DNA of 64,000 nt, from contig CAVTHO010000009.1 in the NCBI GenBank assembly GCA_963734545.1, forward strand, positions 32,001 to 96,000, read 5' to 3'. Below are positions 48,274-59,496 of the stretch, in pieces. The notes under the pieces are model-generated. The model worked only from the letters and a program-made list of their open reading frames with translations, had not been told where the DNA came from and made no database searches. The stretch comes from an uncultured Spirochaetota bacterium (lineage in GTDB: Bacteria; Spirochaetota; Spirochaetia; SZUA-6; Fen-1364). Position numbers and translations under genes: made by a program. Numbering within the stretch: position 1 is the first letter of the stretch; every line of letters starts with the position of its first letter.

Positions 48274-48289
48274 TATCCTCTCCGCCTGC

Positions 48290-49156
48290 CTAAATGCGCT
48301 GCGTACATCGCGCGCGCGCCGCACAAATGCGCTGAGTACATCGCCGGCCTATTTTCCGGAACGGCATTCCCAGCCGCGCCAGGAGGCTCCGCGCTTCCTG
48401 GTCCGTCTTCGCGGTGGTCACGACCGCGATATTCATGCCGCTCACCCTTTCGATCTTGTCATAGTCGATCTCGGGAAAGATGATCTGCTCCGTCACCCCG
48501 AGGGAATAGTTCCCGTGCCCGTCGAATGCATTGGGGTTGGCCCCTCGGAAGTCCTTGATCCTCGGCATGGCCACGTTGACCAGCCGGTCCAGGAACTCGT
48601 ACATCACGTTCCCGCGCAGTGTCACCATGGCGCCGACTTCCTGTCCTTGGCGGACCTTGAAGGTCGCGATGGACTTCTTTGCCTTCGTGCGCACCGCTTT
48701 ACGCCCCGTGATCTGCATCATCTCCTGCGTGGCGGAATCGAGAAGCTTCTTGTTCACGATGGCCTCACCGAGACCCATGCTGACGATGATCTTCGATACC
48801 CGCGGTATCTGCATCGTGCTTTTGTAGGAAAATTCTTCCTTCAGGTCTTTTGTCACCGTGTCCAGGAAGAGGGCCTTCAGGCGCGGCTTGTAGCCGGGAG
48901 GATCGGCAACGGGTTTGGCTTTCGGCTTGCTCTCCGCCTCCTGCCGCTGACCCTTCTGGCCCTTGGGCTGCTTGTCGCCCTTGGCAGCTTTCTCGGAACG
49001 GGGAGCCCCTTCCGCCGCGTTCCGCGGGGCCCCGTGACTCTTCTCCCCCTTCGGCTGCCCGGCTTTCTGGCCCTGCTCCTTCACGGGAGCCTGGTCTGCG
49101 GCGGCCTTGGCCTCCGGGGCGGCGCCCTCGGCGCCCGACTGTTTTTCCTTGCTCAC
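48290..49156 (-). CDS. rplE: 50S ribosomal protein L5 with ~85-aa N-terminal extension (true stop possibly TAG at 48349-48351)
   Basis: [26 protein letters not shown]; GTG start overlaps the rplX stop. Confidence 0.95.
   Translation of the reverse strand: MSKEKQSGAEGAAPEAKAAADQAPVKEQGQKAGQPKGEKSHGAPRNAAEGAPRSEKAAKGDKQPKGQKGQRQEAESKPKAKPVADPPGYKPRLKALFLDTVTKDLKEEFSYKSTMQIPRVSKIIVSMGLGEAIVNKKLLDSATQEMMQITGRKAVRTKAKKSIATFKVRQGQEVGAMVTLRGNVMYEFLDRLVNVAMPRIKDFRGANPNAFDGHGNYSLGVTEQIIFPEIDYDKIERVSGMNIAVVTTAKTDQEARSLLARLGMPFRKIGRRCTQRICAARARCTQRI
48292..48346. repeat. Two degenerate TACN-family units (period 33), inverted relative to most copies
   Basis: AAATGCGCTGNGTACATCGC at 48292 and 48325. Confidence 0.7.
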
Positions 49157-49473
49157 AGATCTCCTCCGCACTTGCGGCATACGCGCTTCTTGGCAGTCCC
49201 CTCGACGAGGTACCCGATCCGGGTGGGCCCGCATTTCTTGCACATGATCATCAGCTTGCCGACCGGCAGGGGCGCTTCCACCGAGGTGATGCCGCCCTTC
49301 TGGTTCTGCTTCTTCTGCTTCATGGCCTTCTTCACCATGTTGAGGCCTTCCACCACGGCGCGCATCTTCTCCCGGTCAATGTTCACTATACGGCCGGTCT
49401 TGCCCTTGTCCCGGCCCGCAATGACACGCACCGTGTCGTTCTTGCGCAGCTTGATCCTACCCTTGGTCTCCAT
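49153..49473 (-). CDS. rplX: 50S ribosomal protein L24
   Basis: [21 protein letters not shown]. Confidence 0.96.
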   Translation of the reverse strand: METKGRIKLRKNDTVRVIAGRDKGKTGRIVNIDREKMRAVVEGLNMVKKAMKQKKQNQKGGITSVEAPLPVGKLMIMCKKCGPTRIGYLVEGTAKKRVCRKCGGDL

Positions 49474-49485
49474 ATCACCGTCCTC

Positions 49486-49854
49486 CTACAGGACTTCCGG
49501 GGCGAGGGACACGATCTTCATGAAGTCCTTCTCCCGCAGCTCGCGGGCCACCGGGCCGAAGATACGCTTGCCCTTCGGATTGTTGTTCGCGTCGATGACG
49601 ACGCAGGCGTTGTCATCGAAGCGGATGAAGGTTCCGTCGGGACGGTGGAACTCCTTGCGGGTCCGCACCACCACCGCCTTCTCGATCCCGCCCTTCTTGA
49701 TTGCCGCGTTCGGCAGCGCGTCCTTGACGGCGACCACGATGATGTCCCCGATCCGCGCGTACTTGCGCCGCGTGCCGCCCAGGACCTTGATGCACTGCAC
49801 CTGTTTGGCGCCGCTGTTGTCCGCGACGTTGAGAAGCGTCTTCATCTGTATCAT
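49486..49854 (-). CDS. rplN: 50S ribosomal protein L14
   Basis: [20 protein letters not shown]. Confidence 0.97.
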   Translation of the reverse strand: MIQMKTLLNVADNSGAKQVQCIKVLGGTRRKYARIGDIIVVAVKDALPNAAIKKGGIEKAVVVRTRKEFHRPDGTFIRFDDNACVVIDANNNPKGKRIFGPVARELREKDFMKIVSLAPEVL

Positions 49855-49865
49855 GACCGGCTCCC

Positions 49866-50156
49866 CTACTTCGCTTTCTCGACTATCTCGACAAGCCGCC
49901 AGCGCTTGTCCTTGCTCAGCGGCCGGGATTCCACCACGCGCACCGTGTCCCCGATCCCGCACTCGTTCTTCTCGTCATGCGCCTTGATCTTCTTTGTCCT
50001 CGTCAGGTATTTCTTGTACAGCCGATGGAGCTTGCGTTGATGGATCTCGACGACGATCGTCTTCTGCATCTTGTTGCTCACGACGCGGCCCTGGAGGACC
50101 TTCTGGACCGGCACGGTATTCCGTGCATTATTTGTCTTCTTTGTCACTTCTTCCAC
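49866..50156 (-). CDS. rpsQ: 30S ribosomal protein S17
   Basis: [25 protein letters not shown]. Confidence 0.96.
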   Translation of the reverse strand: MEEVTKKTNNARNTVPVQKVLQGRVVSNKMQKTIVVEIHQRKLHRLYKKYLTRTKKIKAHDEKNECGIGDTVRVVESRPLSKDKRWRLVEIVEKAK

Positions 50157-50167
50157 GTGCCGCTCTC

Positions 50168-50368
50168 CTAGCGCTTTCTGATTCCGAGGTCGAACTCGCG
50201 GATGATCGATGACACCCGGGCGAGCTTGCGCCGCGCGGTCCGCTTGGAAAGCGGGTTATCCACGTGGCCGATGATCATGTTTGCGCAGACGTCATTGTAC
50301 TGCTTCTTGAGCTCCTCCCGCTTGGCGAGCAGCTCCGGATAACTCAGCTCTTTGAACGAGTCCTTCAT
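50168..50368 (-). CDS. rpmC: 50S ribosomal protein L29
   Basis: Position plus ELS..EL...NP...RRKLAR. Confidence 0.9.
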   Translation of the reverse strand: MKDSFKELSYPELLAKREELKKQYNDVCANMIIGHVDNPLSKRTARRKLARVSSIIREFDLGIRKR

Positions 50369-50372
50369 ATGC

Positions 50373-50789
50373 CTACTCCACGCTCTCCCGAACCAGGAAC
50401 TTGGTCTTGATGGGCAGCTTGCTGCCGGCACGCTTCATTGCCTCTTCCGCCATCTTGCGGTCGACGCCTCCCAGCTCGAACATCACGGTCCCCGGCTTCA
50501 CCGGCGCGACCCAGTACTCCGGTGCTCCCTTGCCTTTTCCCATGCGGGTCTCGGCAGGCTTCTTCGTGAACGGCTTGTCGGGGAATATCCGTATCCATAC
50601 CTTCCCGCCGCGCTTGACGTGACGGGTAATGGCGATACGGCACGCCTCGATCTGGCGGTTGGTGATCCACTCTCTCTCAAGGGCCACCAGGCCGAAGTCG
50701 CCGAAGGATATCTCCGTGCAGCGGGTGGCCCTGCCCTTCATGACCCCGCGCATCTGCTTCCTGTATTTCGTTCTCTTGGGGCTCAGCAT
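50373..50789 (-). CDS. rplP: 50S ribosomal protein L16
   Basis: [20 protein letters not shown]. Confidence 0.97.
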   Translation of the reverse strand: MLSPKRTKYRKQMRGVMKGRATRCTEISFGDFGLVALEREWITNRQIEACRIAITRHVKRGGKVWIRIFPDKPFTKKPAETRMGKGKGAPEYWVAPVKPGTVMFELGGVDRKMAEEAMKRAGSKLPIKTKFLVRESVE

Positions 50790-50795
50790 GATTGA

Positions 50796-51560
50796 CTACT
50801 CCTGCCCTCTCTCGCGGCCTCGGAGGTCCCGGCCGTCGCGGCTGTCCCTGCCGTCCCGGTCTTCCCGGGCGTCGCGGCCTTCACGGCCACGGCGCACGAG
50901 GAGGCCGGCATCGTCTTTCTTCGCCGGCCCGTACACTTCTCCGTTGAAAATCCAGACCTTGATGCCGACGCACCCGAACGTGGTGATTGCCGTGGCCGTG
51001 CCATAGTCGATGTCCGCCCGGAAGGTATGAAGGGGAATTCTCCCCTCCTTGAACTCCTCCCGGCGGGCCATTTCCGCTCCGGAGAGCCGGCCGGAAATCT
51101 TCACCTTGATTCCCTGCACGCCCGTCTTCATGGCGTTCAGGATGGCCATCTTGCAGGCCCTTCTATAGGAGGCGCGCGCCTTGATCTGGCGGGAGATGTT
51201 CTCCGCCACAAGCTTTGCGTTCGTCTCGGGACGCTTGATCTCCTTGATGCGGAGCTGAATCTTCTTGCCGATGCTTTTCTGCAGCTTGCCGCCCAGCTTC
51301 TCGATGTTGGCGCCCTTGGCGCCGATAAGGACCCCGGGCCGCCCGGTGTGGATGATCACGGTCACCCTCTGCGGGTGGCGGATGATCTCCACTTCCGCAA
51401 TGTCCGCTCCCTTTGTTTCCTCCGCGTCCAGGATGATTTTTCGGAGACGCAGATCCTCATGCAGAGTTGCGGCATAGAGCTTGGGATCCACGAACCAGCG
51501 CGACGACCAGGTCTTGTTGATCCCCAGCCGCAGCCCTATCGGGTTAACCTTCTGACCCAT
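50796..51560 (-). CDS. rpsC: 30S ribosomal protein S3
   Basis: [26 protein letters not shown]. Confidence 0.97.
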   Translation of the reverse strand: MGQKVNPIGLRLGINKTWSSRWFVDPKLYAATLHEDLRLRKIILDAEETKGADIAEVEIIRHPQRVTVIIHTGRPGVLIGAKGANIEKLGGKLQKSIGKKIQLRIKEIKRPETNAKLVAENISRQIKARASYRRACKMAILNAMKTGVQGIKVKISGRLSGAEMARREEFKEGRIPLHTFRADIDYGTATAITTFGCVGIKVWIFNGEVYGPAKKDDAGLLVRRGREGRDAREDRDGRDSRDGRDLRGRERGQE

Positions 51561-51999
51561 TGGCTACCTCTTTTGCACCGATCTCGTCGACGACCACGGA
51601 TATGTGGCAGGATCTCTTGATGAGCCTGTCCGCGCGGCCGCGGCCGCGGGCCCACATCCTCTTCATCGAGGGCCCCACGTCGACCAGGAGCTCCTTCACG
51701 TACAGCATCTGCTCGTCGAGGTTCTTGTTCTTCGCCAGCGCGTTCGCGGCGGCCGACTGGATGAGCTTCGACAGGAGCCGGGCACCCTTGTGGGGCAACA
51801 CGCCCAGCAACGCCATGGCCTCCACGTACGGCTTGCGGCGGACATTATCGGCAATGCGCCTCACCTTTGTCGCTGACACCCTCTGAAAGGGTACGCTGGC
51901 GCGGTACCCCGTGGTGATCTTGCGGGGCGGCCGCGTCTTCCTGACGGGCTTGCTGCCGGGCTCGCGCGCCGCTTTGAGCTTCTTCGGTGCATCGCTCAT
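51544..51999 (-). CDS. rplV: 50S ribosomal protein L22 with basic N-terminal extension
   Basis: [22 protein letters not shown]. Confidence 0.95.
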   Translation of the reverse strand: MSDAPKKLKAAREPGSKPVRKTRPPRKITTGYRASVPFQRVSATKVRRIADNVRRKPYVEAMALLGVLPHKGARLLSKLIQSAAANALAKNKNLDEQMLYVKELLVDVGPSMKRMWARGRGRADRLIKRSCHISVVVDEIGAKEVANGSEG

Positions 52000-52277
52000 T
52001 TCTTTACTACCTTCTTGTCAGAGCCCGAATGCCCCCGAAAGATCCGCGTAGGGGCGAACTCCCCGAGCTTGTGGCCGACGAGGTTTTCCGTGACGTACAC
52101 GGGAACCCAGGTCTTGCCGTTGTACACGGAGATCGTGTAGCCCACCATCTCGGGGATGATCGTGGAGGTTCGTGAGTATGTCTTCACCATCCGCTTCTCG
52201 CCGCTCTTGTTCATGTCGACGACCTGCTTGTACAGGCTTTTCGCGATGAACGGTCCCTTCTTGATCGATCGTGACAC
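51996..52277 (-). CDS. rpsS: 30S ribosomal protein S19
   Basis: [19 protein letters not shown]. Confidence 0.97.
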   Translation of the reverse strand: MSRSIKKGPFIAKSLYKQVVDMNKSGEKRMVKTYSRTSTIIPEMVGYTISVYNGKTWVPVYVTENLVGHKLGEFAPTRIFRGHSGSDKKVVKK

Positions 52278-52289
52278 GCTCCGGCCCCC

Positions 52290-53117
52290 CTATTTCCTTC
52301 GATCCTTCACGATGAAGCGGCTCGTGGTGTTGCGCTTCTTGCGGGTCTTGTACCCCTTGGTCGGCTGACCCCAGGGACTGACGGGATGCCGTCCGCCCTT
52401 GGTCTTTCCCTCTCCACCGCCGTGCGGGTGGTCGACAGGGTTCATCGCCGTGCCGCGCACCTTCGGCCGCTTGCCCAGCCACCGGCTGCGCCCCGCCTTG
52501 CCGAGGGACACGTTCATATGGTCCTTGTTTCCCAGCTCGCCGATTGTGGCATAGCAGCGCTCGTTCACCATCCGCATCTCGCCCGAAGGAAGCCGCACGG
52601 TCACGTACAGCCCCTCTTTGGCCACCACGGTGGCGCTGGTCCCGGCGGAGCGGACCATCTGCCCTCCCCTGCCGAGATTGAGCTCTATGTTGTGAATCTG
52701 CATCCCCAGGGGAACCTTGCCCAGGGGAAGAGCGTTACCGGGTTCGAACCCGACGTCAGGTCCGCTCACGACGGTCTTCCCCACGGTGAGGCCCTCGGGC
52801 GCAAGGATGTAGCGCTTCTCCCCGTCCTTGTACACGATCAGGGCGATGAATGAGCTGCGGTTCGGGTCGTATTCGATGGCGCTCACCCTGCCAGGAATGC
52901 CGATCTTGTCACGGCGGAAATCGATCTGTCGGTACGCCTTCTTGTGGCCGCCGCCCTTGCGTCGGACGCTGATCCTGCCGCCCGCTCCACGACCCGCGTG
53001 CTTCGACTTGCCCTTGGTCAGTGCCTTTTCCGGAGACTTCTTGGTGATCTCTTCGAAGGTGAGACCCGTCTTGAACCGCAGTCCGGGGGTTAAAGGCCGG
53101 TATTTCTTGATTGCCAT
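52290..53117 (-). CDS. rplB: 50S ribosomal protein L2
   Basis: [21 protein letters not shown]. Confidence 0.98.
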   Translation of the reverse strand: MAIKKYRPLTPGLRFKTGLTFEEITKKSPEKALTKGKSKHAGRGAGGRISVRRKGGGHKKAYRQIDFRRDKIGIPGRVSAIEYDPNRSSFIALIVYKDGEKRYILAPEGLTVGKTVVSGPDVGFEPGNALPLGKVPLGMQIHNIELNLGRGGQMVRSAGTSATVVAKEGLYVTVRLPSGEMRMVNERCYATIGELGNKDHMNVSLGKAGRSRWLGKRPKVRGTAMNPVDHPHGGGEGKTKGGRHPVSPWGQPTKGYKTRKKRNTTSRFIVKDRRK

Positions 53118-53137
53118 GAATGCTTCCTGCCCTTTCC

Positions 53138-53506
53138 TTAGACGCCCTCGAAGATGGCGATCTTTTCCTCAGGGGCGATCGTGATGATCGCCTTCTTCCA
53201 GGACGCGGTATAGCCGAGCCTGTAGCGCACCCTCTTGGGCTTTGTCGCCGTCTTCAGCACGTTACACTTGAGGGGATGCACGTTGTAGAGCTTGCGCACA
53301 GCGTCCATGATCTGGTACTTGTTCGCCCGGCTGTCCACCTTGAACACGTACTTGTGGCTTTCCCGCATCACGTTCGTCTTCTCGGTCACCACCGGCTCGA
53401 TGACGATTCTCTCGATCCGGTGCGGTACGCCGTGCGTTTCCGGCTGGCGCGGTACTCCGCGCGTTTCTGGCCGGCGCGGTACTCCGCGCATTTCTTCTGG
53501 CGTCAT
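53138..53506 (-). CDS. rplW: 50S ribosomal protein L23 with repeat-derived N-terminal extension
   Basis: [20 protein letters not shown]; ATG overlaps the rplD stop (ATGA). Confidence 0.95.
   Translation of the reverse strand: MTPEEMRGVPRRPETRGVPRQPETHGVPHRIERIVIEPVVTEKTNVMRESHKYVFKVDSRANKYQIMDAVRKLYNVHPLKCNVLKTATKPKRVRYRLGYTASWKKAIITIAPEEKIAIFEGV
53417..53500. repeat. TACN-hairpin family: three 27-bp units inside the 5' end of rplW
   Basis: CGGTAC at 53423, 53450, 53477; the last unit GCGCGG-TACT-CCGCGC-ATTTCTTCT matches the tlyA units. Confidence 0.93.
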
Positions 53507-54276
53507 TTGTCCGCCCCCTTTGCCTTGGCGGCTTTCCGCGCCCGGGGAGCCGGTGCGGCGGCGGCTTTCGCCTTGGGCCTGGTCCTGGTCTCGGCGGCGC
53601 CGCGCGCGGTCGCGCGCTCAGCGGAACCGTGCGGCACTGCCTCGGCGGAGCCCTCTGCCCCATAGAAATTGTTGAGCTTGGTGGCCGCGGTTTCCAGCAG
53701 AAGCAGCTTCTGACAATAGAAGAGCGCGTGCGCCGTCAGCCTGTTGAAGCTGAGAAAGTCCAGCCACGGGACGTTTCGACCGGCTCTCCGGGTCATCGCA
53801 TCGTCGTCCTTGAGAATGACCACGGTGCGCTCCTGCGCGGCGAGATTCTTCAATAAAAGTACCAGGTCCTTGGTCTTTCCGCTCTCCACGGTGAAATCCG
53901 TGACCACGCGCAGCTTGTCCTCTTTCGCCTTCAGGGAGAGAATGGAGAGGAGGGCCAGCCGCTTCACCTTGCGGGGAAGCTTGTAACTGTAGTCGCGCGG
54001 CCGGGGCCCGAAAATCTTTCCGCCGCCCACCCAGACGGGTGAGGTTCTCTGGCCCGCGCGCGCGCGGCCCGTGCCCTTCTGTTTCCACGGCTTCTTGTTG
54101 CTGCCATGCACCTCGCCGCGATCCTTGATCTTCGCGGTGCCGAGACGGCGGTTGGCCAGCTCGTTCCTGATGGCGTGATAGATGGAGCCCTCGCTCACAT
54201 CGCGGCCGAACACCACGTCGGAGAGCTCGATCTCGCGCAGCGCCTTGCCGTCCAGTCCGTAGACCTGTGTCTTCAT
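53503..54276 (-). CDS. rplD: 50S ribosomal protein L4 with Ala/Lys/Arg-rich C-terminal tail
   Basis: [25 protein letters not shown]. Confidence 0.96.
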   Translation of the reverse strand: MKTQVYGLDGKALREIELSDVVFGRDVSEGSIYHAIRNELANRRLGTAKIKDRGEVHGSNKKPWKQKGTGRARAGQRTSPVWVGGGKIFGPRPRDYSYKLPRKVKRLALLSILSLKAKEDKLRVVTDFTVESGKTKDLVLLLKNLAAQERTVVILKDDDAMTRRAGRNVPWLDFLSFNRLTAHALFYCQKLLLLETAATKLNNFYGAEGSAEAVPHGSAERATARGAAETRTRPKAKAAAAPAPRARKAAKAKGADK

Positions 54277-54286
54277 CGTTTTCGCC

Positions 54287-54904
54287 CTACTTCTTTCCGG
54301 CCTTGAGCACGACGACAAAGCCGCCGCGTCTGCCGGGCACGGCGCCGTTGATCAGCAGCAGGCCCTTTTCCTTGTCCACTTTGAAGAGTCGCAGGTTCTG
54401 CACGGTGAGGCGCGCGTTGCCCATGCGCCCCGGCATCTTCGAGCCCTTGACGATCTTGCGGAACGCGCCGGTGCCGACCGAGCCCATTTCGCGGTGAAAC
54501 TTCGAGCCGTGGGCCCCGGGGCCGCCCGCGAACTTGTGCCGCCGGACAACTCCCTGGAAACCCTTGCCCTTGGTGGTGCCGCGGACGTCGACGTACCGCA
54601 CGCCCTCGAAGATTTCCACGCCGACCTTGTCGCCGACCTTGCACTCCTTCTCGAAGTCCTTGAACTCGAGGAGGAACCGCGTCGGGTCCGTGCCCTCGGG
54701 GAACTGCCCCGCGTAGGGTTTGCGGACGCGCGTCTTCTTCAACGGGTCTGCGCCGAGAACCATGGCGCTGTACCCGTTCTTTTCCGCCGTGCGTTCCCGC
54801 ACGACCACGTTCGGCTCCACCTGTATCACGCTGAGCGGGATTCTCATCCCCTCCTCGTTGAACAGCTGGGTCATGCCGATCTTTTTGCCGATTAGCGCAA
54901 GCAT
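54287..54904 (-). CDS. rplC: 50S ribosomal protein L3
   Basis: [21 protein letters not shown]. Confidence 0.97.
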   Translation of the reverse strand: MLALIGKKIGMTQLFNEEGMRIPLSVIQVEPNVVVRERTAEKNGYSAMVLGADPLKKTRVRKPYAGQFPEGTDPTRFLLEFKDFEKECKVGDKVGVEIFEGVRYVDVRGTTKGKGFQGVVRRHKFAGGPGAHGSKFHREMGSVGTGAFRKIVKGSKMPGRMGNARLTVQNLRLFKVDKEKGLLLINGAVPGRRGGFVVVLKAGKK

Positions 54905-54918
54905 TCCTGCAGCCTCAC

Positions 54919-54995
54919 TGCGACGCGGTACGCCGCGTCATTCGTTGCGACGCGGTACGCCGCGTCATTCGTTGCGACGCGATACGCCGCGTCGC
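54919..54995. repeat. TACN-hairpin family: three 27-bp units GACGCGG-TACG-CCGCGTC-ATTC between rpsJ and rplC
   Basis: Units start at 54919, 54946, 54973. Confidence 0.93.
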
Positions 54996-55304
54996 TCATT
55001 GCTTGATTTCGACGTCCACGCCGGCGGGCAGCTCCAGACGCATGAGGGCGTCCATGACCGCGGGGGTGGGCTCGAGGATGTCGATCAGCCTCTTGTGGGT
55101 CCGCATCTCGAATTGCTCGCGCGATTTCTTGTGCACGTGCGGCGAGCGCAGGACCGTGAACTTGTTGATCCTCATGGGAAGCGGGATGGGGCCCGAGACC
55201 CGAGATCCCGCCTTCAGCACCGTCTGCACGATGGACTTCGCGCTCTGATCGATGAGCTCGATGTCGAAACCCCGCAGGCGCACTCGAATCCTTTCCCTGG
55301 CCAT
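54996..55304 (-). CDS. rpsJ: 30S ribosomal protein S10
   Basis: [29 protein letters not shown]. Confidence 0.97.
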   Translation of the reverse strand: MARERIRVRLRGFDIELIDQSAKSIVQTVLKAGSRVSGPIPLPMRINKFTVLRSPHVHKKSREQFEMRTHKRLIDILEPTPAVMDALMRLELPAGVDVEIKQ

Positions 55305-55317
55305 TCTCTTACTCCGT

Positions 55318-55367
55318 CCGGTCACGGTACCCCGTGACATTCCCGGTCACGGTACCCCGTGACGTTC
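55318..55367. repeat. TACN-hairpin family: two 25-bp units GTCACGG-TACC-CCGTGAC-ATTC between tuf and rpsJ
   Basis: Units start at 55318 and 55343. Confidence 0.9.
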
Positions 55368-55423
55368 CTTCGCGCCGTGCCGGCAGCACGCCGGGCGTTA
55401 CATCCGCGTCTTCGCGCGGCGCC

Positions 55424-56617
55424 CTACTCAATGATGTCCGTTACCTGTCCTGCCCCGACCGTCTTGCCGCCTTCCCGGATGGCGAACTGAAGCCCCTTGT
55501 CCATGGCGATGGGGTAGATCAGCTCGACAGCGAGATCGGTGATATGGTCGCCGGGCATGACCATCTGCTTGCCTTCGGGCAGCGTGACGGACGCCGTGAC
55601 GTCCGTGGTGCGGAAGTAGAACTGGGGCCGGTATCCCGTAAAGAACGGAGAGTGCCGCCCGCCCTCTTCCTTGGTCAGCGCCACGACGGTGCACTTGAAC
55701 TTCTTGTGCGGCGTGATCGAGCCCGGCTTGGCAAGGACCTGTCCGCGCTCGACGTCGTCTTTTTCTATGCCGCGCAGAAGGGTGCCGATATTGTCGCCCG
55801 CCTGCCCCTCGTCCAGAAGCTTGTTGAACATTTCGACACCGGTCACGACCGTCTTGCGCGTGTCCTTGATGCCGACGATTTCGCATTCGTCTCCGACATG
55901 CACGACACCCGTTGCCACGCGTCCGGTGACCACGGTTCCGCGTCCGGAAATGGAGAACACGTCTTCGATGGGCATCAGGTACGGCTTGTCAACCGGTCGC
56001 GGCGGAATGGGGAAATACTCGTCCATCGTGGTGAGAAGCTCCTCGATGCACTTGGTGTTCTCCGCCACCTCGGGATGCTCCATTGCCTTGAGCGCCGAGC
56101 CCTTGATGATGGGGATCTTGTCGCCGGGGAAGTTGTAGAATTTCAGGACGTCCCGAATCTCCACCTCGACCAGCTCGATGAGCTCCTTGTCGTCCACCAT
56201 GTCGATCTTGTTCAGGAATACGACGATGGCGGGCACACCGACCTGCCGGGCCAGGAGAATGTGCTCCCGGGTCTGCGGCATCACGGAATCAGGCGCGGAC
56301 ACGACGAGCACGGCACCGTCCATCTGGGCGGCTCCCGTGATCATGTTCTTTATATAGTCCGCATGCCCCGGGCAGTCGATGTGGGCATAGTGGCGCTTTT
56401 CCGACTGGTACTCCACATGCCGGGTGTTGATGGTGATCCCCCTCGCCTTCTCTTCGGGGGCATTATCGATGTCCTCATACTTCATCAGCTTGTCGCCGTA
56501 CTTCTTCGCGCAGTACATGGTGATCGCAGCCGTGAGCGTGGTCTTGCCGTGGTCGATGTGACCGATGGTGCCCACATTGATATGAGGCTTCGACCGGACA
56601 AATTTCTCCTTCGCCAT
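55424..56617 (-). CDS. tuf: Elongation factor Tu
   Basis: [26 protein letters not shown]. Confidence 0.98.
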   Translation of the reverse strand: MAKEKFVRSKPHINVGTIGHIDHGKTTLTAAITMYCAKKYGDKLMKYEDIDNAPEEKARGITINTRHVEYQSEKRHYAHIDCPGHADYIKNMITGAAQMDGAVLVVSAPDSVMPQTREHILLARQVGVPAIVVFLNKIDMVDDKELIELVEVEIRDVLKFYNFPGDKIPIIKGSALKAMEHPEVAENTKCIEELLTTMDEYFPIPPRPVDKPYLMPIEDVFSISGRGTVVTGRVATGVVHVGDECEIVGIKDTRKTVVTGVEMFNKLLDEGQAGDNIGTLLRGIEKDDVERGQVLAKPGSITPHKKFKCTVVALTKEEGGRHSPFFTGYRPQFYFRTTDVTASVTLPEGKQMVMPGDHITDLAVELIYPIAMDKGLQFAIREGGKTVGAGQVTDIIE

Positions 56618-56658
56618 AAAACTCCTCCTTGCAGTTTCCTGACGCGCTCAAATTCCCT

Positions 56659-56815
56659 GCGCGGTACCCCGCGCCTTTTTTTCCTGTGCGCGGTACCTTG
56701 CACGGTAACCCGTGCAGTTTCGCGCTTTTTTCCCCACCGCAGTACGGCGTACCCGCTACACGGGTACGGCCTCCGGGCCGAGCGCGTGCTCGCGCACTCC
56801 CGTCCTCCGCGCTTC
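56659..56815. repeat. TACN-hairpin family: simple, singly nested and doubly nested units between fusA and tuf
   Basis: GCGCGG-TACC-CCGCGC; GCGCGG-TACC[TGCACGG-TAAC-CCGTGCA]..CGCGC; TAC[hp]..[ACGGG-TAC[hp]GA[hp]ACT-CCCGT]..CCGCGC. Confidence 0.85.
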
Positions 56816-56846
56816 TCTGTTCCGCCCCGCTCGCTCAAATCCCCGG

Positions 56847-58934
56847 CTATTTTTTCGAGCCGCGGGTCTTGGTCACAAGCTCTTCCTGGATCGATCGAGG
56901 GGTGTCCTGGTAATGGGAGAATTGCATGGTGTGTGACGCGCGCCCCTTGGTCATGGAACGCAGCGTCGTCACGTACCCGAACATGGAACGCAAGGGTACG
57001 AGGGCTTTCACCACCTTACTCCCAGGCCGATCTTCGATTCCCTCTACGTGGCCCATTCGCGCGCCGAAGTCCGAGATGACATCCCCGAGGTGCTCCTCGG
57101 GAGTCGCGCACTCCACGGCCATGATCGGTTCAAGGATAGTCGGTTTGGCTTTTGCACAGCCCGACTTGTATGCCATCGATGCCGCCACTTTGAAGGCCAT
57201 TTCGCTGGAGTCCACGTCATGGTAGGACCCGTCCAGCAGCGATGCCCGGAAGTCCACCATCGGGTAGCCTCCCAGCACCCCGTTTTCCATGGCTTCCTTG
57301 ATGCCCTTCTCCACCGCGGGAACATATTCCCGCGGCACGCGGCCGCCGATGACCTTGTTCTCGAAAATGAACCCCGTTCCGGCAGGGAGAGGCTCGAAGC
57401 TCATGATCACGTGCCCATAGGCCCCGTGGCCGCCGGTCTGCTTCACGAACTTGCCCTCCGCCTCGGCGCTGGCCCGGATGGTTTCGCGGTAGGCAACCTC
57501 GGGTGTTCCGACGTTCGCCCCCACGTTGAACTCGCGGAACATCCGTTCCACGAGGACCTCCAGGTGCAGCTCGCCCATGCCCCAGATGATCGTCTGGCCC
57601 GTTTCCTTGTCGAAACGCACCTTGAACGTCGGGTCCTCCTCCGAGAGCTTGTGCAGGGCCGAGGAGAGCTTCTCCTCGTCTTCCCTGGTCTTCGGCTCGA
57701 TGGAGACGGAAACAACCGGGTCGGGAAAGACCATGGATTCCAGGATGACCTGCCGCTCTTCGTCGCACAGCGTGTCACCCGTGGTGGTCTTTTTCAGACC
57801 CACGGCTGCCGCGATGTCACCCGGATAAACGGCCTTGATCTCTTCCCGCTCGTTCGCGTGCATCCTCAGTATCCGTGTCACCCGCTCCCGCCTGTCAGCG
57901 GTCGAGTTGTAGATGTACGACCCCGCCGTCAGCGTTCCCGAATACACACGGATGAAAGTCAGCTTCCCCACAAAGGGGTCCGTCATGATCTTGAATGCAA
58001 GCGCCGCGAAAGGCTCGTCATCCCTGGGAAAGCGCTGGATATAGTCCCCGCTGCTGGGGACCGTTCCCATGGTCGGCGGAACGTCCGCCGGCGAGGGAAG
58101 GTAGTCCACGACTGCGTCAAGAAGAGGCTGGATGCCCTTGTTCTTGAATGCGCTTCCGCACACGACAGGGAATATCCTGCCGCTCACCGTGGCTGTCCGC
58201 AGGGCCGTTCTGATGGCATCTTCGCCGATTTCTTTGCCGTCGACGTAGTCCGCCATCATTGCGTCGTCCGTCTCTGCCAGCTTCTCCACCATCGTAGCCC
58301 GCGCCGCTTGGGCGGCTTTCATGACCTTGGCGGGGATCTCCACCTCACGGAATTGCGCCCCGAGAACGTCTTCGTCCCAGATCAATCCGCGCATCCGGAC
58401 CAGGTCCACCAGCCCGGCAAAATCCCCCTCGATTCCGATGGGAACCTGTATGGCGACCGCGTTTGCCCCGAGCTTGGCGTGCATTTCCTCCACGACTTCC
58501 TCGAAGCGCGCTCCGGTCCTGTCCATCTTGTTGATGAACGCCACACGGGGGACGTTGTATCGGTTGGCCTGCTTCCAGACCGTCTCGCTCTGAGGCTCGA
58601 CGCCTTCGACGGCCGAGAAAACCCCGATTGCTCCGTCCAAAACTCTCAAAGAACGTTCCACTTCGACAGTAAAGTCGACGTGTCCCGGCGTGTCGATGAT
58701 GTTGATCTGCACGCCGCGCCATTCACAGAAGGTCGCGGCCGCCGTGATGGTGATGCCGCGCTCCTTCTCCAGATCCATCCAGTCCATCTTGGCTTCGCCA
58801 TCATGGACTTCACCGATCTTGTGTGTCCTGCCGGTATAGTACAAAACCCGTTCTGTCGTCGTCGTCTTACCGGCGTCAATATGGGCCATTATCCCGATAT
58901 TGCGTGTCGACGACAGGGGATACCGCGATTCCAT
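56847..58934 (-). CDS. fusA: Elongation factor G
   Basis: [45 protein letters not shown]. Confidence 0.98.
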   Translation of the reverse strand: MESRYPLSSTRNIGIMAHIDAGKTTTTERVLYYTGRTHKIGEVHDGEAKMDWMDLEKERGITITAAATFCEWRGVQINIIDTPGHVDFTVEVERSLRVLDGAIGVFSAVEGVEPQSETVWKQANRYNVPRVAFINKMDRTGARFEEVVEEMHAKLGANAVAIQVPIGIEGDFAGLVDLVRMRGLIWDEDVLGAQFREVEIPAKVMKAAQAARATMVEKLAETDDAMMADYVDGKEIGEDAIRTALRTATVSGRIFPVVCGSAFKNKGIQPLLDAVVDYLPSPADVPPTMGTVPSSGDYIQRFPRDDEPFAALAFKIMTDPFVGKLTFIRVYSGTLTAGSYIYNSTADRRERVTRILRMHANEREEIKAVYPGDIAAAVGLKKTTTGDTLCDEERQVILESMVFPDPVVSVSIEPKTREDEEKLSSALHKLSEEDPTFKVRFDKETGQTIIWGMGELHLEVLVERMFREFNVGANVGTPEVAYRETIRASAEAEGKFVKQTGGHGAYGHVIMSFEPLPAGTGFIFENKVIGGRVPREYVPAVEKGIKEAMENGVLGGYPMVDFRASLLDGSYHDVDSSEMAFKVAASMAYKSGCAKAKPTILEPIMAVECATPEEHLGDVISDFGARMGHVEGIEDRPGSKVVKALVPLRSMFGYVTTLRSMTKGRASHTMQFSHYQDTPRSIQEELVTKTRGSKK

Positions 58935-58955
58935 AAGGTGAGCGTGCTTGCCGTT

Positions 58956-59429
58956 CTACCAGCGGTAGTGGGCAAAAGCCTTGTTCGCCTCCGCCATCTT
59001 ATGGGTATCTTCCTTCTTCTTGATCGCGGAACCGGTGTTGTTGAAAGCGTCGACGAGCTCGGCCGCGAGCTTCTCCGCCATCGACCTTCCGTGCCGGCTG
59101 CGCGAATATCCTATGATCCAGCGCATGGCCAACGCGTCCCTGCGCTCTTCCCGGATCTCCACCGGGACCTGGAGGGTCGCCCCTCCCACCCTGCGCGACT
59201 TCACCTCCACCACGGGCTTGACGTTTTCCAGCGCCTTCTGGAAGACTTCCACAGGATCCTTGCCCGAAACCTTCTGGGCAATGATGTCGAGCGCCGAATA
59301 GATGCTCCCGTAGGAGATGCTCTTCTTGCCCTGCTCCATCATGCGGGCGACGAATTTCCCGATGACCGGGTTCTTGTACTTGGGATCCAGGAGGATCCTT
59401 TTTTTCCGAATCAACTGCCCTCTCGGCAT
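58956..59429 (-). CDS. rpsG: 30S ribosomal protein S7
   Basis: [26 protein letters not shown]. Confidence 0.97.
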   Translation of the reverse strand: MPRGQLIRKKRILLDPKYKNPVIGKFVARMMEQGKKSISYGSIYSALDIIAQKVSGKDPVEVFQKALENVKPVVEVKSRRVGGATLQVPVEIREERRDALAMRWIIGYSRSRHGRSMAEKLAAELVDAFNNTGSAIKKKEDTHKMAEANKAFAHYRW

Positions 59430-59496
59430 CTCGTTTCCTTCTCCTATGGGCTCGCTTTAGTGCATCCCTGCACTCGCTCGCCCTCGCCTTCCGTGG

